DNA from: the human T2T-CHM13v2.0 reference genome, Homo sapiens
Strand: one strand, 5' to 3'
DNA: 64,000 nucleotides
Assembly: GCF_009914755.1 (NCBI RefSeq)
Contig: NC_060933.1
The position numbers and the translations under genes are program-made. The notes under the pieces are model-generated. The model saw only the letters and a program-made list of their open reading frames with translations. It did not search any database and had not been told where the DNA came from. Below are positions 16,932-31,639 of the stretch, piece by piece (position 1 is the first letter of the stretch; every line of letters begins with the position of its first letter).

Positions 16932-19141
16932 TGTGTATCCCCATAGGTGCATTGACAGGGAGTAAAGGCATTTGCTATGTCCTTAGCATGGCATGGTAAA
17001 CTTGTGTTCTCTCTCTATAAACATGCAGCCACAAATGACCAACACAATCACTAATTATTCAAGACCACATCCATCCTGGCATCTGCCACTGAGAAAGCCC
17101 TTGTAGAAGAAAGCGGCAGGACTTACACCTGTCAAGTAGTACCCAGGAATATTGCCAAACCTGCTCCCCAATTATATCATCTATCTCCACATCAATGTAA
17201 AATAATCAGTGCCTGAAAGTGCATAGTAGTGATTAATGGTACCAGAAAGAGAACACACCCTGTGATGGAGAGCTCACTACCTCCAGAGATTTCCCCTCCA
17301 CTATTTCCCTCCCATGGGAATGTTTCCCTCCCATAGCTGGTCCTAAGTGGTTCTTCAGGGCTTCAAAGAGCCAAACTTTTCCTTCTTTCTAAGGCATGTT
17401 TCATCTTTCCTCAGGCATCTGCAATAAAAAAAAAAGTTTAGAAGACTAATGAGTAACACTGCCTCTTTCTAAACAATATTCAGAACTTATTGGTAATAAG
17501 ATTCAAGAAGCACACAAATAAAGATCAAACATTTCAGGTTTACTACCAACAAAAGCTTTTGGGATGGGAAAACAGGTGAGCAGTCATTCGGGGCTTCCTT
17601 TACCTCACCCTTGAATTAAATTTACCTGCCCGTCGTAGATAGCCCTGCACCCCTGTGCCCCGAGACCCCCACCTCGATCTGAGCAGAGACTGCCTCTAAA
17701 AGCTTATCAATAGAATAATGGAGATATGCAGGTCCTATGGACAGGTTAGCTCTAAAAAAGGCAGCCTGGAAATGCCTGATGAGCACACCTAGATCCTTCT
17801 CTCAACCTCAGCAAGCGATTGCCCATCCTCTGAAACAGAGAAAGAATGAAAGCAAAGAGAAATGGAAAGTAAATTAGCAGTAGAATAGGAATTTCCTTCA
17901 CTTAACAAATACTTGATTTGTGGGGAAAACATCATCCGTGTTCTCTTCCTAACAGTTGATGTTTCTAGTTTGGCTGTCCTCATTAACATGTAATCCTGGT
18001 GGACCTTCCCTAAAGTTCATGTGCAGTTTAAATTTCCCTGTTACTTGTAAGCCTGGGAACAGATAAAACTATGACTATGTCTGAGCAAAGAAGAGTTCAG
18101 TTGAGGAAACTGAGATGCAGGGTGGTTAAGTGGCTCCCTCAAGATCACACAGCTGGACATCAAACCCATGCCCCCTGCCTGCCCGGGGTACTTGGCCACA
18201 GCACTCATCACTGCCATGCTGACTCCCCAGGTAAAGACTATTAGCAGGGCAAGCTGTTTTTACAATATCATCTGTCAAATGAAATAATGATTCTGAAATC
18301 CTGGAAACCTGAGCCAGATCAAAACTGGCAGCCCCAGGAGAAGAAGGCATTTGACTCAGCACAGTCAGTCAATCCATCCTGCCACCTACACCCCCCTTGC
18401 ATGGAGAGAGTTGTAATGTGTCTCTATTGTCCTAGCAAGTGAGCAGGTGTTGAATGCAAATAGAGAACAGCCCATCAGAAAAGCAAACTGGAGTATTCTG
18501 TTTTTCCCTTTTTTTTTTAAGGAAGCTTTTAATCAAAAGGGAGGAAAAAAGAGAACAAAGGGATAAAAATGAGACAAAATGGATAAGGGGGAAAAAAAGA
18601 TTTTGTGATGCTAGAGCCGATAATGAGAAAAAAGGGAAGGGAGAGGTAGCCAGATTTCATGAACAGAATCCCACGCCTTGTACATCCTTGGTGGGTGACA
18701 TCCACAGGGATCTTGTACAACTGGCCTGGTTTTGCAGCCAATTGCGAGTGTAGCCCTAAATGTGATCTGTTTTAAATGTATTGCAGTTGAATTATTTAAT
18801 TCGAAATTTAGCTGGTGCCACAGGCTCTGGAGCAGAAGCAAGAAGAATGAACAAAATTATTTCATTGGAAAACGGTTTAATTTTTAATTATGAGATGAGG
18901 CACTTTGGGAGAATGAGACAATTGGCCCATGAGAGCTTTGTCTCCTGGGTTCACATGGAGTCATGATGGGCACTTACGAGTGTTTAATTTGCTTGTCCTG
19001 GTGACTGTCCGTTGACTCTAAGAGCAGACAGAGATCAGAGGCATAAGCAGCATAACTATGACAATAACAATGATAATTGTAACTTGTGTTTACGTAGAGG
19101 AAATTTCCACTGATTTTCTTCATTGTCATAGATACCATAAG

Positions 19142-19364
19142 CAACCTTGTCTAACCCACAGTCTGCAGGTCCCATGCAGCCCAGGATGGTTTTGAGTATG
19201 GCCCAATACAAATTCATAAACTTTCTTAAAACATTAGGAGATTTTTTTTTGAAATTTTTTTGGCTCATCAGCTGTTGTTAGTGTGAGTGTATTTTATGTG
19301 CAGCCCAAGATAATTCTTCTTCTTTCAGTGTGGCCCAGGGAAGCCAAAAGGCTGGGCCCCCCTG
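19142..19364. mobile_element. MER30 (hAT-Charlie)
   Basis: ggcccaatacaaattcataaactttcttaaaacatt...gtggcccagggaagccaaaag. Confidence 0.85.
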
Positions 19365-19789
19365 CAAGGTAACCTGGAATTTGTTTTGTCTTTTTGCATA
19401 ACAGGAGGAAATGATGCAAAGTCTCAGGTATAGTAGAAAAGAGGCTTGGACTGGGAATTAAGAACAGAAGATACTAGTGTTATTGTTACTACATAACTAC
19501 AATTGTATCACTTTGAGTGAGTCACTTTACCTCCTTAGGCTTCAAATTCCTTAATATATAAAAAAGTCATTGGGTCTGATGAGCTTTGTGATCACTTTTA
19601 CTTTTAAAATGTGTCTTTCTGGATTTGATCCTAAACGAGCTTCTCCCATTAACTAAACTATTCTCTGTAAATGAGGTTCTTTGTGAAGAGCCTCCCATAA
19701 GCATTTCATTCTACTAAATATTATTCTATTACTGTACTATTCAATAACTCTTTACTGAGCAGTATCTCACGGTGATCCATTAAGGTCAC

Positions 19790-20000
19790 TCAGAGACAGA
19801 CAGGCATAGATTTGGATTCAAGGTATGTTAATTCCTAGCCTGCTAGCACTGTGCAGGTTAATTGATTTCTCTGAGCCATGTCTTTCTAAAATGGGGAAAA
19901 TGCTACTACTTACTTGAAGGTTTGTTGTGAAAATTAAATGAAGTGATCCATGTAAAGTGCTTGAAAGTGCTGTTACAACATGGAACTCAATAAATATTAG
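19790..20000 (+). mobile_element. MIR (a second MIR relic lies at about 19425-19600)
   Basis: ttctctgagcc...taaaatggggaaaat...gttgtgaaaattaaatgaagtgatccatgtaaagtgctt...ctcaataaatattagc. Confidence 0.7.
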
Positions 20001-20483
20001 CTCCCATTGTCACCATCATGATCATCTTCATCACCACCACCATCATGGTATGCTAGACTCTCTTATAGACATTGGAGCTGAATAGTTCCTATTATCAAAG
20101 GGACATTAATATTTTAAGAAAAAGAGGTAAACACAAACTCTAAGTATTGTCACATAGGTTTGAACAAAGAGCTCTGAGACTATAGAAAAAAAAAAACTGA
20201 GAGTCATGGAGATGGCCCGATTTGCCCAAGACCATTCAATGTATTATCCATAGTGCTAGTACCAGACGTCTAGTGTTCTCTCCTGTGTTATCAAAAACTA
20301 TCTTTACAAAAAGACATTTCAAGAAACTAAATGAAATTAACATCATGAGTCTAACCTCTGCAAACCATCCAGTTTCTTCTATTTCCCAACACTTCAAGGA
20401 CTACTATATAAAGATTATTGTTTTCTACTCACAACTCAACCTGCAATTGAATTGTGAGTATGATGTAAAAAAGAGCTACATCT

Positions 20484-20794
<311 letters not shown>

Positions 20795-21304
20795 CTACAT
20801 ACATATGTGTATTCTTATGTGAAAGTACAAGTGCAGATGTGTAAAAATATCTGCCTCTATAAACACAGATAGCTACATATAGAGATATACAGTAAGTCCC
20901 TATGTGCACACATTAGTATATGCCTAAGCACATAGGCATACACATGTCCACGTGTACATCCATATGTGGTCATGCATATATTTATACACAGGCATGCATG
21001 TGTCCAAACACACATCCACACTGACACATATGCACAGAGGGTATTTTGACAACACCGAACAGCTCCAGCAGCAGATACTGTGGAGGTTCTTATAATTTAA
21101 GCCAACAATTGTCACTAAACTTAAGTTCTGGTTTAGAAGGCGCTGGAATCTCCAGCTGCATTAGGGCCTTATCTGTTAATCTTCTTAAATCAATTAAAAC
21201 AAAGCTTTAAAACATCAAATTGCTATATTATCTGTACAATGTAAAATCTACCGTGTGAATTCAATTCCAAGTGAATCAAAGAATGCTAAAACAAGAATAG
21301 AACT

Positions 21305-21482
21305 TAACGATGGTTCTCAAACTTCAGTGCTATAACAACTCCAGGAGCATGTTTATTTTGCCAATCATTAGTCTTCAGCCCAAGAGACTCTGACTTAGTC
21401 TCAGGTGGGGACCAGGAATCTGCATTTAACAAGCTTCATCAGTGATTTAGATGGTGGTGGTTTGTGAAATATCTTTTGAGAA
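21305..21482. mobile_element. MER5-type hAT relic
   Basis: tggttctcaaacttcagtg...gggaccaggaatctgcatttaacaagc...ttttgagaagcact (terminal inverted ends). Confidence 0.7.
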
Positions 21483-21700
21483 GCACTAAATTAAAGATGA
21501 TCAAAACCTCACTTTGCAAAAGAGTTAATAAAGGTCCAAATGATGAAGTGACATTCCAGAATTATGCTACTGTTAATAGCATAATAGGATTTGGAACACA
21601 GATCTTGTCCCTGTATCCCAACAAGATGAGATATGAAGTTATTATTTTATGGTATCTGTGTCTCATCTTCCAACAGAACTTTAAGCTTCTCAGGATAATT

Positions 21701-21703
<3 letters not shown>

Positions 21704-21738
<35 letters not shown>
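21704..21738 (+). repeat. (CT)n microsatellite
   Basis: Directly visible. Confidence 0.9.
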
Positions 21739-21894
21739 ATATTAGAATACACATAATAAACCAAATAAAGAGAAGAAACAGTAGAGAAATATATAAGAAA
21801 AAGACATTTACTGATGAAAAGCAGGTGACTGAATTGGGAAGAGCATGAATATTTATTAAGTTTATATTACGTGACTGGTGCTATATTTGAGCTT

Positions 21895-22330
21895 TGTACC
21901 AGTTGGGGCTGTGATTGGCTGCAAATAACAAAAACATCTAACTAAAGTGGCTAAAACCAGTAGGAGTTTATTTTATCTTGTAAAATAAGGGTTCAGAGTG
22001 AAGAATTGCTTTAACAGCTCGAGAATATTGGGATTGATGTCTATAGATTACTAGTTCCTTTTGCCATTTTTTTAATGTTTGTCCACTCATGATCACAAGA
22101 CAGTTGTTGCAGCTCCAGTCATTGCATCTGAATTCAAGGTAAAAAGGCTGAGGAGATATACCAATTTCATTTGCCACTTTTATTGAGGAACAAGAGCCTT
22201 TCTGGAAAATCTCAGAAGGCTTCAGCCTATATATCACTGGGGGAACATGGAGCTGAGAATTTGCTCTCAGAAATAGATTGTGTCAGCAAAGATGAAGAGG
22301 GGGTGGCTTTGGCACGTTTTGCATCTTCAC
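21895..22330 (-). mobile_element. Old MLT1 (MaLR) LTR
   Basis: ttggctgcaaataacaaaaacatctaactaaagtggctaaaacca...gttgttgcagctccagtcattgcatctgaattcaagg. Confidence 0.6.
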
Positions 22331-22769
22331 ACTTATAACGGAGAAAAGAAGGAATGATCCATGTGATATAAGGATGAAACAGTAGGCATTTCTCTGCCAG
22401 TATTTTGTGGATGACGTTGGAATAACTGTCTTTTCATGCAGCAGGCATTGTTCAAGTGTTCCTCACGTACCAAAAGCTGAGCTAGGTGCCATGAACATAA
22501 AGTAGAAATAGACATGATTTCAGTCCTCATTTCACAGTTAAGGATCCCACCATGAAAGCAACACTGCAATTCAATATAATATGTTCTACAATGGAGACAA
22601 ACAAGATGTTTTAGTTTTGCATATCATTTCCATGTCCCTTAAAGTGTTTTTTGTTATTGTTGTTGTTCTCTATATGGCTTAGTATAAAGAACTGCAACCC
22701 ACAATGTCCAGTATAATATAAACTGGGACCACCTAAGTAGACTCATCTCATGCTCTTCTTGCTCCTTCT

Positions 22770-23140
22770 TATAATGGACCAAGCTTCCTCCTACTTCAGG
22801 ATTCTTGCATGTGACATTTCCTCTGTCTAGAATATGCTTTTACCCAACTCCTCAACCTACATCATCTGTCAATCCCTTTATCATTTAGATCCCAGCTCAC
22901 ATGTAATATTGAGCCCCCTAGACTAGATTACATTCCTTGTTGTCATCCTCATAACACTCTTAGTGTCTACCACGTCTTGCTATTATATCAATATGTGCCA
23001 TTTGTTTCATATATGCCTCTCCGTCTATACTTCAAACTCCATAAGGGAAGGGGATATGTGTTCTTGAATAACAATTTTATCTCCAATACCTAGCACATAG
23101 TAGGTACTCATCATTAAACATCAATCAAATAGATTACTGC
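22770..23140 (+). mobile_element. L2 3' region
   Basis: cattcc-like tctgtctagaatatgc...aaactccataagggaaggg...cctagcacatagtaggtactca. Confidence 0.65.
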
Positions 23141-24462
23141 ATAAATAGGTGGAATGAAGCTACAGGTTCTGCTTAGCGGTACCAGGCTTCGCAAAGTATA
23201 TAACATTTAAACTTGTCCTCTCTGATCCTCAGTTTTCTACATATTTTTAATGAGTAGGACAAGGTGATTGCTAAAGGCCTGCTCAGCTTTTCATTGACAT
23301 TTACTCTTGAGTCCTGACTCCATCTCTACCTTTCTGTGTGAATTTGAGCAACTTGCTTAACCTCCCTCAGCCTCAATCTCCTCTGTCAAACAAGTAGAGA
23401 TGATCTCTGAGGCCCCTTTCAAGCCTGAAGCATCAGTACATTTTTGAAACTCCAGAAGCAACATGAAAACTGCAGGGTGAGAGCTGGAGGGATTCTGCCG
23501 AGTTGTGGGTTTTGCAGGTGTTTCCCAGCAGGTTCCCAAGGAGCCATTCTCGAAGGAACTCAGCGTGTTACCTGGACTAATTTATAAAGGAAATGAAAAG
23601 GAAATGGACTCGTTATAATGAACACCATTAATTCACCACTCCAGACTTCACTGTGTAAACAGCAAGTATCAAGCGATTCAGTTGTCATTTGTCGATTGAA
23701 TTCTGCTATTTTGCCTGTTGGAAATGACCAGCCAACACAACAGCGTGCAGATGATGGCAAGACTACTAATTAGCATATATATTGTTTGTCCTGGTATAAA
23801 TTTATGGCAAATAGCAATATTTTACACTCCAGTAAAGTTAATAAATGAAGCTTTGGGCTATAAAAATTTCATGTTCCTTTGTGCAAAGGTCAATTATAAA
23901 TAGTTAAGCACATATTCATTCAAAAGCTTGAGGCCTCACAGCCAGGAGAATGAAATATATTCTGGTAAATTTGCACTCTGGCTGGACTTGCCTTTCATTT
24001 TATAGCCTTGGTGACATCCCTCTTTGCTCGTCGGCACAGTCTGCATTCTCAAAGAACTCCCCTGGCTGGAGAGACTAAATGAAATGAGTATGTAAACATT
24101 CCTAGCCCTGTGGTTTGACACTCAGAATGTGTTTAATAATGCCAGTTTAATCTGAACGGGAAAGCCCATGTGAGAGAAGAGGCAACTGGGATTCACAGCA
24201 ACACCTAAAGTTCTTTGTCCACAAGAAGAAGCCTAGACAAGAAACAGGAGATGTGTTTTCTTATTCCAGTTCTACCATGAACTAAGAGATCATGGAACAG
24301 GATCAGTCTCCTCTCTAGGCCTTTGTTTCCCCATTTGAAAAAAATGAAGAGAGAGAATTTCATCAGTGTTCCGATTATCTGTTGGCTGCATAACAAAACT
24401 CCCAAGAGACAGACTTGTTTAAGTTGTTTTGAAAACTGCAATCATTTTATTTCGTCTTCTGA

Positions 24463-25010
<548 letters not shown>

Positions 25011-25519
25011 TAGCTGGTGGATTGAGTGGTGGAGAATCTAGAGAACCCTCTCTCATGTATCCAGTGCCTTGGGGAGATGGTGAGAAGGCTGGGTTCTGCT
25101 GAGACTGTGCACTGGAATGTCTATGAATGGCCTCTTCTGCATGACATTGCCAGGGTAATGAGACTTCTTCTGTGGCAGCTCAGGGCTCCAATATGAAAGG
25201 CAAATGCTGCCAAGGCTGTGTCAGTAAACTGGTACAGCACCATTTCCACCACACTTTATTATACAAAGCAGTCACAGAGGCTTCATGGATTCAGGTAGAG
25301 GGAACATAGATCCTATCTCTTGATCAGAGAAGAATCAAGGTTTTGCAGCCATCTTTAATGTGCCCTACCAGTGCTTTCCGATTGGGTTCCAAATTAAGAG
25401 ATGTTGCATGGAAAAGGATTTGGTGGTCAGTAAGTTTGGGAAATAGTGGGTTAAAAAAGTTGAGCAATTATTTTGTGTGTGCTGCAAGACTTCTTAATAT
25501 CTTTGACTTATTCCCTCCT

Positions 25520-26560
25520 TCTCTTAGTACTTATTGTTTATACCAGGACCTGTCAGGCTACAAAAATGCAGCAGTGAACAAAATGGCACATTCGAGTGTT
25601 TGTATGTGTGGGGGAATTAGACAATAATAAAATAAACCCATAGTGTCAGGTCCTGTTATGTGTTATGAAAGCAAACTGCAATGATAGAGAATGCCAAGAC
25701 TTACTCTTTCAGATGGGACAATCAGATGGAAAGAGGAAGAGATATATCAGCAGGTAGCTACACAGTGAGAACAGAAACCATACAGAAGTTCGATGCAGTA
25801 GCAACAGCAAGGTGCACAGCTCCCCGGAGTGGGAGCATTGTTGGTCAAATGGCTGGGATGGAATGAATAAGAACATGAGTGATGAAAGACGAGATCAGAG
25901 AAGCAAGGTAGGATATTTGGAGCAATGACAGACTTTGGAGTTTATTGAAAGTGTGATAGAAAGCCACAGGAGGCTTCTGGGGTGGAGGAGAGTGCATTAT
26001 TACTTTTAAAAGATTCCTTCCTCACTTTGGGAGGCCAAGGCGGATGGATCACCTGAGGTCAGGAGTTCGAGACCAGCCTGGCCAACATGTTGAAAACTCG
26101 TCTCTACTAAAAAAAATACAAAAAAAACCCCACAAAAATTAGCTGGGTGTGGTGGTGGGCACCTGTAATCCCAACTACTCAGGTGGCTGAGGCAGGGAGA
26201 ATCACTTGAACCTGGGGAGGCGGAGGTTGCAGTGAGCTGAGATCGAACCACTGCACTCCAGCCTGGGCGAGAGACCGAGACTCTGTCTCAAAAAAAAAGA
26301 TTCCTTCCTACTCTATGGAGATAAACCATAAAAAGGACAAACAAGCAGGAATCAGTTAGGAAGCCACTGCAATATTCCAAGTGGGAGGTGATAATGATGG
26401 TATGGCCAGTGGTTAAGGTAAAAGTGAAGAGGTCTAGATCTCGGATATCTTATGGAAGTAGAGACAATAGGATTTGCTGATGGAAGGTGAAATGGGAGGA
26501 AAAAGTGAAAAAATGCTTCTTAGGTTTTGGGTCTATGCAGCTGTGGAACTATGGGGATAT
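25520..26560 (-). mobile_element. L2, interrupted by an Alu
   Basis: gcagcagtgaacaaaa...gactttggagtttatt...ggaagtagagacaataggatttgctgatgg. Confidence 0.7.
26023..26294 (+). mobile_element. 5'-truncated AluS (Sx/Sz-like)
   Basis: Starts at cactttgggagg. TSD aaaagattccttcct at 26008-26022 and 26295-26309. Confidence 0.93.
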
Positions 26561-26669
26561 AGCCTTAAATAATTTGGTGTGTGTTATGATTGTTAAGATG
26601 AACACTTGCAGACTTATACTGAGGACCAGAGTTCCAAGGAAGACATTTTGAGAAATGTTAGACTACACT

Positions 26670-27165
26670 TGTCAAAGAAAGATTGCACCAGATTGAGTTA
26701 CACAGGCAGGGAAGCCTTTATTCAAGACTATTGCAATAGAGGTTAAGACTTGCAATAGGGGAGATGAAACTTCACTGAAACAAAAGGCGGAGTATTTTTA
26801 AGAGCCAATTTAAGCTAGTGGAAAGGTACTGGATGATGTTAGTGGGGAGGTTGGCCATCTGTGCTTGCTAATTGATGCTTATAAAGTTAGGCTCCTCCCT
26901 ACCCACAGCCATTGGGAGATAGAGGCATTATCTCCTTTGACAGTATTTTAAAGAATGACTCCCAGGTCCTTGAGAAAGTCCTTTCTAGATTGCAAATCTT
27001 GCAAGAGGCTGGGAGAAGATTTACATCCCAAAGGGGTAGAGAAAGAATAACAATTGAAAGTTTCCTAAAGTAAATGCTATAAGAAAAGGGAGGTCAGGGA
27101 CTTATAATCAGAAAATCTTGTGTAAAGTTGAGTTGCCCTAAGGGGAATATTATGGTCTTCTTGGT
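26670..27165 (-). mobile_element. ERV1-class solo LTR (MER31/MER67-like)
   Basis: tgtcaaagaaa...ctttattcaagactattgcaatag...gactcccaggtccttgagaaag. The tttatt at about 26717 is the minus-strand polyA signal. Confidence 0.6.
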
Positions 27166-30100
27166 TTTGCTCTATCATCTGATGCTTTCAGGTTTGAAAA
27201 CTTAGACACACTACATGGAATCCTAGCAATCTAGGTCCTAAAACTATTTTGTCAAGACCTTCTATCTATGTGACTTTGCACAATTATCTTAAATTATGTT
27301 TGTCTTCACATTCTAATTCTTCTACCTCAAAGCCTTTGCATTCTGTATTCCTCCTTCCTGGATGGATCTTCCCTACATTTATGCATGGCTATATCCTTTT
27401 AGTCTTTTGTTCTCAGCGAGAATATCTCCTTTCAGTCTTTGTTTTTAGCGAGGCCTACCCTGACCACTATTTTAAAATGACCATTGGCCCATTGTTACTT
27501 CCTATCTCCTTAATTCCTAATGTAATATGCCATGTATTTATTTATTTATTTATTTACTTATTTATTTATTTTATGTTTCCTATTTGTAATCTGTTGCCTC
27601 CTGCTGGAATGGAAGCTTTATTGGCAAAGTGGCCAATCACAGAATTACTTGTTATAATAAGAAATTGAAAAACAAACCTAGAGATGTAAAAATTAAGGGA
27701 ATACTTAAGGAAGTTGATACCTCTCATCAGGGGAATAATATGCAGCCATTTCAGTTATGTTTATGAAGATAGTGTAATAAGGAGAGCTGGTACATGGAAA
27801 GGATAAATTAAAAGAATCAGAATATAAAATTACAAATAAGTATTATCATATTATTATAAAAGCCAAACTTGAAAGAATCTATTCTACTTGTAACGAATAT
27901 GTGATGACATTCAAAGTGGTTACCTTTAGGTGCCATTATTATGTATATTATGTTTTCTTCCTTTTCTTATTTTCAGGATTTTTTTTCAATTTTTAAATAA
28001 TGATTAGATTCGTTTTTAGAGCGGAAAAGTAAAACTTTAAAAAACAAAAAAAAGACTATGAGACTACCAAGATTATAAACTTCTTTGTTCCCAATTTGTG
28101 ACACATCCATAGAGCTCAAACTGCTTTGGCCTTCATAATGGGGCATGGCTTGACATGTTTTGAGTATCAAGAACAGAAAAAGCTGGAGCCTATCTTTTGA
28201 AACATTTGCATGACATTTTTAAGGGAGTGGAGAAATAGAAGCCTGGAAAGAGGAAACTAGAGGAAGAGAAACCACAGAGAGCAGTTTGAAGGCAGAAGCA
28301 CGCCCACAGGGTGCTTTGGAGACCCTCCAGGCTGCAGAGAAGAGCAAGGTAAATAGGCGTGGAGCAGGTATTATCAATATTACGCAGTAACTAGGCAACT
28401 AAAAGATTTGTAAAGAAGGCACAGCATCATGCGAAATGCAGCAATGTGTTTTAAGGAGACAGGGTGAGGATTAACAGCCCTGTGATTCATGGAAACAGCA
28501 ATTTGTCATAGGCGCTATCTGCCATGTGTAGGTGACAAAAAGTATAGAGACAATGCAGGAGAAGTGTGACAATGAACTGAGTGATAAACACAGATGGGAG
28601 AAGCACCAGAATGACTTCACTTTAATTATTTTGAGCTTGGCTTCCTCTACACAAAGCCTGGAGGAATTGTTCTCCCATTTTTGTTTGTTTTACTTGTGGT
28701 TGTTTATTAAGTGTTGAAATCGATTTCTCTCAGACATTTTCTTTTTCAGACCACAAGGAAGGTTTGTTTTTATTGAACACCTGCTAAGTGTTAGCCATTA
28801 CCTTTGGTGGTATCTGTTAAACCTCTCAATGACCAATAGCGTGTACATGATTCTTCTTCTCATTTCAGAGACAGGTATGCTAAGACTTAGGAGAAGTGTT
28901 GCAATTTCATTATAAGATTATGTATTAGCATCTGTTAAATCCTTGTGTAGAATCCATGCCTGTCTAGCTTTACTTACTTATTTACTTTACCAATCAAATT
29001 ATACATACAAAGAATTTTTTCTCTTGCACTGGGTTCAGAGTCCTCAAAACCTGTTTCTCAGAGTTTGAGGTATTACAGGTGATTGCCAATGAAGCCACAG
29101 CCTTCAGTTGTGTGTCTGTTGCTTTTCTGGTAGGTATACTGATGTGACAAGTTCCAATGCTCCTCAGCTTTCAATTTTCTAGCAAAATGGAAAATGCAAT
29201 TACCGTATTAAGCAAAATATTGTTGTTGGTTCAAAAATAATTAAGCATAGTATTAAGTTGTTATTTTACCAAGTGGGATGCAGTGACTCTCTTCAAAGCT
29301 ACAGCAAAAGGAAAAGAATTTTAGAAGCTCTATTTAGAAAGAGGGTATGTGAGGAGCAAGGAGGAGAAGACTGGGTGCATCTTTGGGGGAAATAGTTAAT
29401 AAGCTGAGGTTTTAAGAGAAACGGCTGCAGGCCGACTCCTCTATGGAGCAGGCTCTCTTAGTAAGAGTTCAATGCAAAAGTTGACTAGAGCTAACTCTTT
29501 TATTGTAATGACTTTGCAGTTGATTTCCCCAGGATCCATTTTTGTTGCTTGATATTAGAGGAGTTGGCTGCAGTAAGAAAATTCAGAAGGTGAAAGACCA
29601 GTTTGGTAGATATATAGCCTGTTAAAGGGGACTAAAGAAGTCTCTACTAGGAAAAGAACAAAAAGGTGAGCATTTATTGTGTACCTGCTATGCTCCAGGA
29701 ACAGGATAAGGATATTCTCTATCTAGACAGAAAGAATGAGGTATTCATATCAATGATAAATTATCTATTTACTGAATGTCTATTATGTGGCAGGCATTGT
29801 ACAAAAACATTTAACATGCAGTTTTTCTTTGATTGTCATAGCAGCCTGCATAAGCATTTAGCAGATAAGAAACTATAAGCACAAAGATATTAATAAATAG
29901 CCTAAAGCACATAGCAAGTAAATAGGAGAGATGCTGTTGATATCTAGAAACTTCACCTTTGACCACAATAGTATACTGTTTCTGACAGCTAAGAAAACTA
30001 AAGCTTAGGCACTGCAGAATTTTTTCTATTTGAGAAACAACCTCATGCAACATTAAACGTTTAAGGGATGAGAAACCTCACTTCCAAACCTGGCTCTGTT

Positions 30101-30169
30101 CTGGGAATGTGGGCAATTTACTCTGCCTCAGTGAGGTTCACTTTCTTCACCAATGTTACTGAAACCACA

Positions 30170-30335
30170 ATAGTGATCAGAATCACTCCAAGGGCTTGTT
30201 AAGATCCAGATTGCTGGGTTCCACCTCCAGAGTTTCTCATTCAGTATGTCTGGGGTGGGCTCCAGGATTTATATTTCTAACAAGTTCCCAGGTGATGATG
30301 GTGTTGCAGATCGGGGACCCCACTCGGGCAGACTG
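30170..30335. mobile_element. MER5A
   Basis: atcagaatcac...ttgttaa...cagattgctggg...tctcattcagtatgtctggggtggg...tttctaacaagttcccaggtgatgatg. Confidence 0.8.
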
Positions 30336-30394
30336 CACTGTACTGTCCTCTGAACTGAAAGCCTGGTTCTCCCTGGCCTGAAAGAGAGTGCTTC

Positions 30395-30622
30395 TTTAAG
30401 TAGACAGAGCATTGGCTTTGGAGACTTGGCCTAATCTTTCCTTCTTCATTTCCTGTGTGATTTTAGGCAGCTGATTTATCCTTCTGAGTCTCCATATCGT
30501 CATGTGTAAAATGGAGCTCTTGCTTTCTTTGTCATCATCTTGTTGGTATGGATTATGTGAAGCGATTTATAGAAAGCATCTAGGCTGTTGCCTGGACAAA
30601 ATGCTCAATAGATGTTGATTCT
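30395..30622 (+). mobile_element. MIR
   Basis: ctgtgtgattttaggcag...ccttctgagtctc...tgtaaaatgg...gctcaatagatgtt. Confidence 0.6.
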
Positions 30623-31639
30623 TAACATTGGGAAGTTATCAAGATTATACAATATATTGTTGTGTATATATATGTTATATGTACAACATATATAACTTTT
30701 TATCTTTTTTATTGACTAAATATGCCAAGCATTATAACATTTCCTTTGTAGTATTTTTGTTTCCTAAGTCTCTGCCATCCTTATACAGATATGCATCTGT
30801 ATGGCATCTGTAAAACATGCAGATTAGAACAAAGTGCTACTCAAGTGACATGTCATTGTTGGAGAAATATTACATGTATAGTTTTAATTCAGAAGTCATA
30901 ATTCATGGAAGTCTCTTGAAGAGAGGATTCTGGATATTTTTGGATTGCAGGCCTCTGTAAACTTCATGGACCAGAAATCATCAGAGAAGAAACCCAAAGA
31001 GATAAAGGTCAAGTTGAGGAATGGTAAACTCTTTGATGATGTCAAAGGCTCTGTCTCTCATAGTGAGAAATTCTTTATCTCTGCCTATCAAAAAGACATT
31101 GCTAGTGATTCTACTTTAACAATGGTTAATCAAACTAGTTAGAAATGCCAATAGATTTTTTTATTATTTTTAATAAAAGTGTAAGTCCAGTACCCCACCC
31201 CCCTACCTCAATCCAAGCAGAAGTTTCTGAATTCTATTTTCCCTCCCTCTCATCTTTGTCCAGGTTGAAAATCAATGCATCTGGTTCACCTGGAATCTTG
31301 AGCTGCATATTTTTAGCATCAGAAAAGCCTGTATTGCCAGCATTACTGGAGAAAAAGCAGATAACCCCACAACGTCCTCCAGCCAAGGAGGAGGGCAGAG
31401 GGCTCAGAGGAGCAGAGTGCCTGCAGCTTAGATGATTCACCAGCCTTGATTCTTACAGCATGCAGGCTGGTGACTATGACCCAGGGACCATGAACCATGA
31501 GTTAGAATTTTCTGACAGAGTCCCTGATCTCAGGCTGCCATTTTCATTAATAATTGAGATAAGCATGGGAAGGAGGCTTAAAGTAATATTATTATTATTA
31601 ATCCTAAGAAGTCTGTATTAAGGAATGGAAGCAACATGT

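Noticed and set aside
20800-21040. CA/TA-rich stretch as a structured element
   Set aside because: Degenerate low-complexity sequence next to an Alu tail, without periodicity.
27249-27668. 139-aa hydrophobic ORF
   Set aside because: It runs through an L2 relic and an (ATTT)n repeat, starts at a non-ATG codon and has no recognisable domain.
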